From an uncultured Prevotella sp. (lineage in GTDB: Bacteria; Bacteroidota; Bacteroidia; Bacteroidales; Bacteroidaceae): DNA of 36,712 bases. Each line of letters starts with the position of its first letter. Positions within the stretch are counted from its first letter, which is position 1. A program made the translations under genes and the position numbers. The notes below the pieces were generated by a model. The model was not told where the DNA came from. It searched no databases and worked only from the letters and a program-made list of their open reading frames with translations. The DNA lies in contig CALGRN010000189.1 of the NCBI GenBank assembly GCA_937880835.1, positions 1 to 36,712 on the forward strand. Direction: 5' to 3'. Shown here piece by piece: positions 36,301 through 36,712 of this stretch.

Positions 36301-36712
36301 TCCTACAGACAGCGAGGATATAAGGTTCTCATTGCGCAATAAAAATATTGATATTAACACAAGAATAAAGTACACAGAAGACGTGGATAGTAAAGGAAAT
36401 TCTACGTATATTAAAGTAAATTACGGGGACTATAAGACACTTTCGTTACTGCAAGGAAAGGTAAAAGGTCTTGAAAGAAAAACATATGAAAATGCTGCAA
36501 GCGGATATAAAGCAGATATTAACGGAGATACTATTAGAAAAATAATTTATCCGACACCTTATTTTAATGAATTTGCGAGAAATTATGTAGAAAAACTAAA
36601 TGCGGCCAAACATCTGCCGAAACTGTTTGAAAGTGCTGTATATGTTGATTCACTCCAACCCGGCAAAGAGAAAAATAAGGGTAAACAAATAAAAGAGTAC
36701 CACTACTTTGTT
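33362..36712 (+). CDS. N-terminal ~1,100 aa of the giant polyvalent/ejection protein: Gly/Ala-rich membrane-like region, HExxH metallopeptidase, ADP-ribosyltransferase-like domain, LPD3-like domain. Continues at position 56.
   Basis: ATG at 33362 after AAGGAG. Absent from the ORF track, consistent with no stop before the end. Translated motifs: GHETTH (35285-35302) with EITAD; YHGT..YFT...YA..VYLNIKKP..YDG..YVTFSPEQVK; EN..SG..INGDTIRK..LPKLFESA..YHYFVAP. Confidence 0.9.
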   Translation, partial: MAKKKKKNKNVGTVDFITGKYTSNAGVAAIDRRNNNVGTMDYTTGRYTPTQAPAPKPKVTTQNEQKRSWFNKGLFEDGYDFGDITKSLLATDADLVKNFITGAAKVGEGAIDAGAYAVQGIAKRVGNDSLAKQTKDFISQDLVEKYKLDDKLQQSISKLPVIGQGLQAVGAANAVVNGDKTQKRSVLDDKSDSLVQSAGLLAGTAGLQAVGVPWWVTMGTSSFGSGVEEAYKDGATYGEAGVYGGINAASETLLEKLSGGIKFGGMKTLDSGLKKKIATGITNKVVSTLGKFGMDMAGEGTEEVLQEVVQNVGKKLTYEDGKTWNELLTSEEAMDGYLESFIGGAVLGGGFNAKRLGSSLKTGRDYDTGLTSNEQAVVTKEVENRSKEKQKAVALNTEVEKAIKEAEARTQGTVNEEGRELIKKQVQEKLDNGEIDYSTATLSKKEITAIEKEVTNDLKKGYIGINTIEETFSTEATEKLQKLEDELTKETDPTKQGLIQKDINELRQERASELSGMLNKDVYLQESYRQENLSREAFTREETKEDTDVTKALAESAKAAGLSNTRKAHETFDLIDKIANDTGVQYGFTSNKQLKEMQSLKQIPEDIDVTSVNGFYRVTGKDGNGKILINIDSQKAIDTVIGHETTHLFEGTKEYKELQAIATDYAKTKGEYEVRYGAISKLYSGVKGANVENEITADLVGDYLFSNEQFVNELSAKQPNIFKRIYEYISGAAKKATAGSKEERQLLEFKQKYKKLYREISKATTKETETNSLTEADSNTPENVNFSMGENPLLYDSEGRKLSEGQQKYFKDSKVRNDEGNLLVMYHGTPSGNFTVFRDGSYFTPDAEYAERFQDTSASSISAGKTKDNPKTYEVYLNIKKPFDINDPEARAIYINDYIKGGNAMGINPYENDSYYDSIENIDWTEGEDLRDFLIEEGYDYDGLVLDEGADGGYGEAVQYRGKSYVTFSPEQVKDVTNLNPTDSEDIRFSLRNKNIDINTRIKYTEDVDSKGNSTYIKVNYGDYKTLSLLQGKVKGLERKTYENAASGYKADINGDTIRKIIYPTPYFNEFARNYVEKLNAAKHLPKLFESAVYVDSLQPGKEKNKGKQIKEYHYFV
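36658..36712. repeat. Terminal direct repeat, identical to 1-55
   Basis: Exact 55-bp match. Confidence 0.97.

Noticed and set aside
36658..36712. 55-bp repeat as a biological terminal repeat or att site
   Set aside because: It lies mid-gene, and 55 is a common assembler k-mer size, so it is best read as a circular overlap.
1..36712. Alternative genetic code or stop-codon recoding
   Set aside because: Standard-code ORFs tile the genome densely, with TAA, TAG and TGA all used as stops.

Overview
The window is a complete, circular temperate phage genome of about 36,657 bp. Bases 1-55 are repeated at 36658-36712, which looks like an assembly overlap. The host is probably a Clostridia/Firmicutes bacterium, inferred from strong AGGAGG SDs, sigmaA-type promoters and the gene families present. 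The genome has an intact attP (3' half of tRNA-Glu(CTC)), a tyrosine integrase, a CI/ImmA-like/Cro switch, a replisome organizer with a G39P-like protein, a RinA-like late activator, terS/terL/portal/scaffold/capsid, and P22/T7-like short-tail parts (no tape measure or tail tube seen). It also has ejection proteins, including a ~3,096-aa polyvalent protein that crosses the window ends, receptor-binding genes and a lysis module. Most notable: (1) an AT-rich cassette of HicA, HicB with a 48-aa C-terminal tail, and a SecB-like chaperone, i.e. a candidate HicAB-type toxin-antitoxin-chaperone (TAC) anti-phage system beside a second ordinary HicAB pair; (2) a strand-biased Chi-like octamer TGAAGCGG (16 copies counted by eye) piling up just upstream of terS; (3) a four-copy late-promoter motif ATTAC(A/G)GGAAT(T/A)TT-N17-(-10); (4) effector cassettes of the giant protein bounded by a repeated x-x-F-S-L/M junction. 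All family calls come from motif recognition by eye; no database searches were run.
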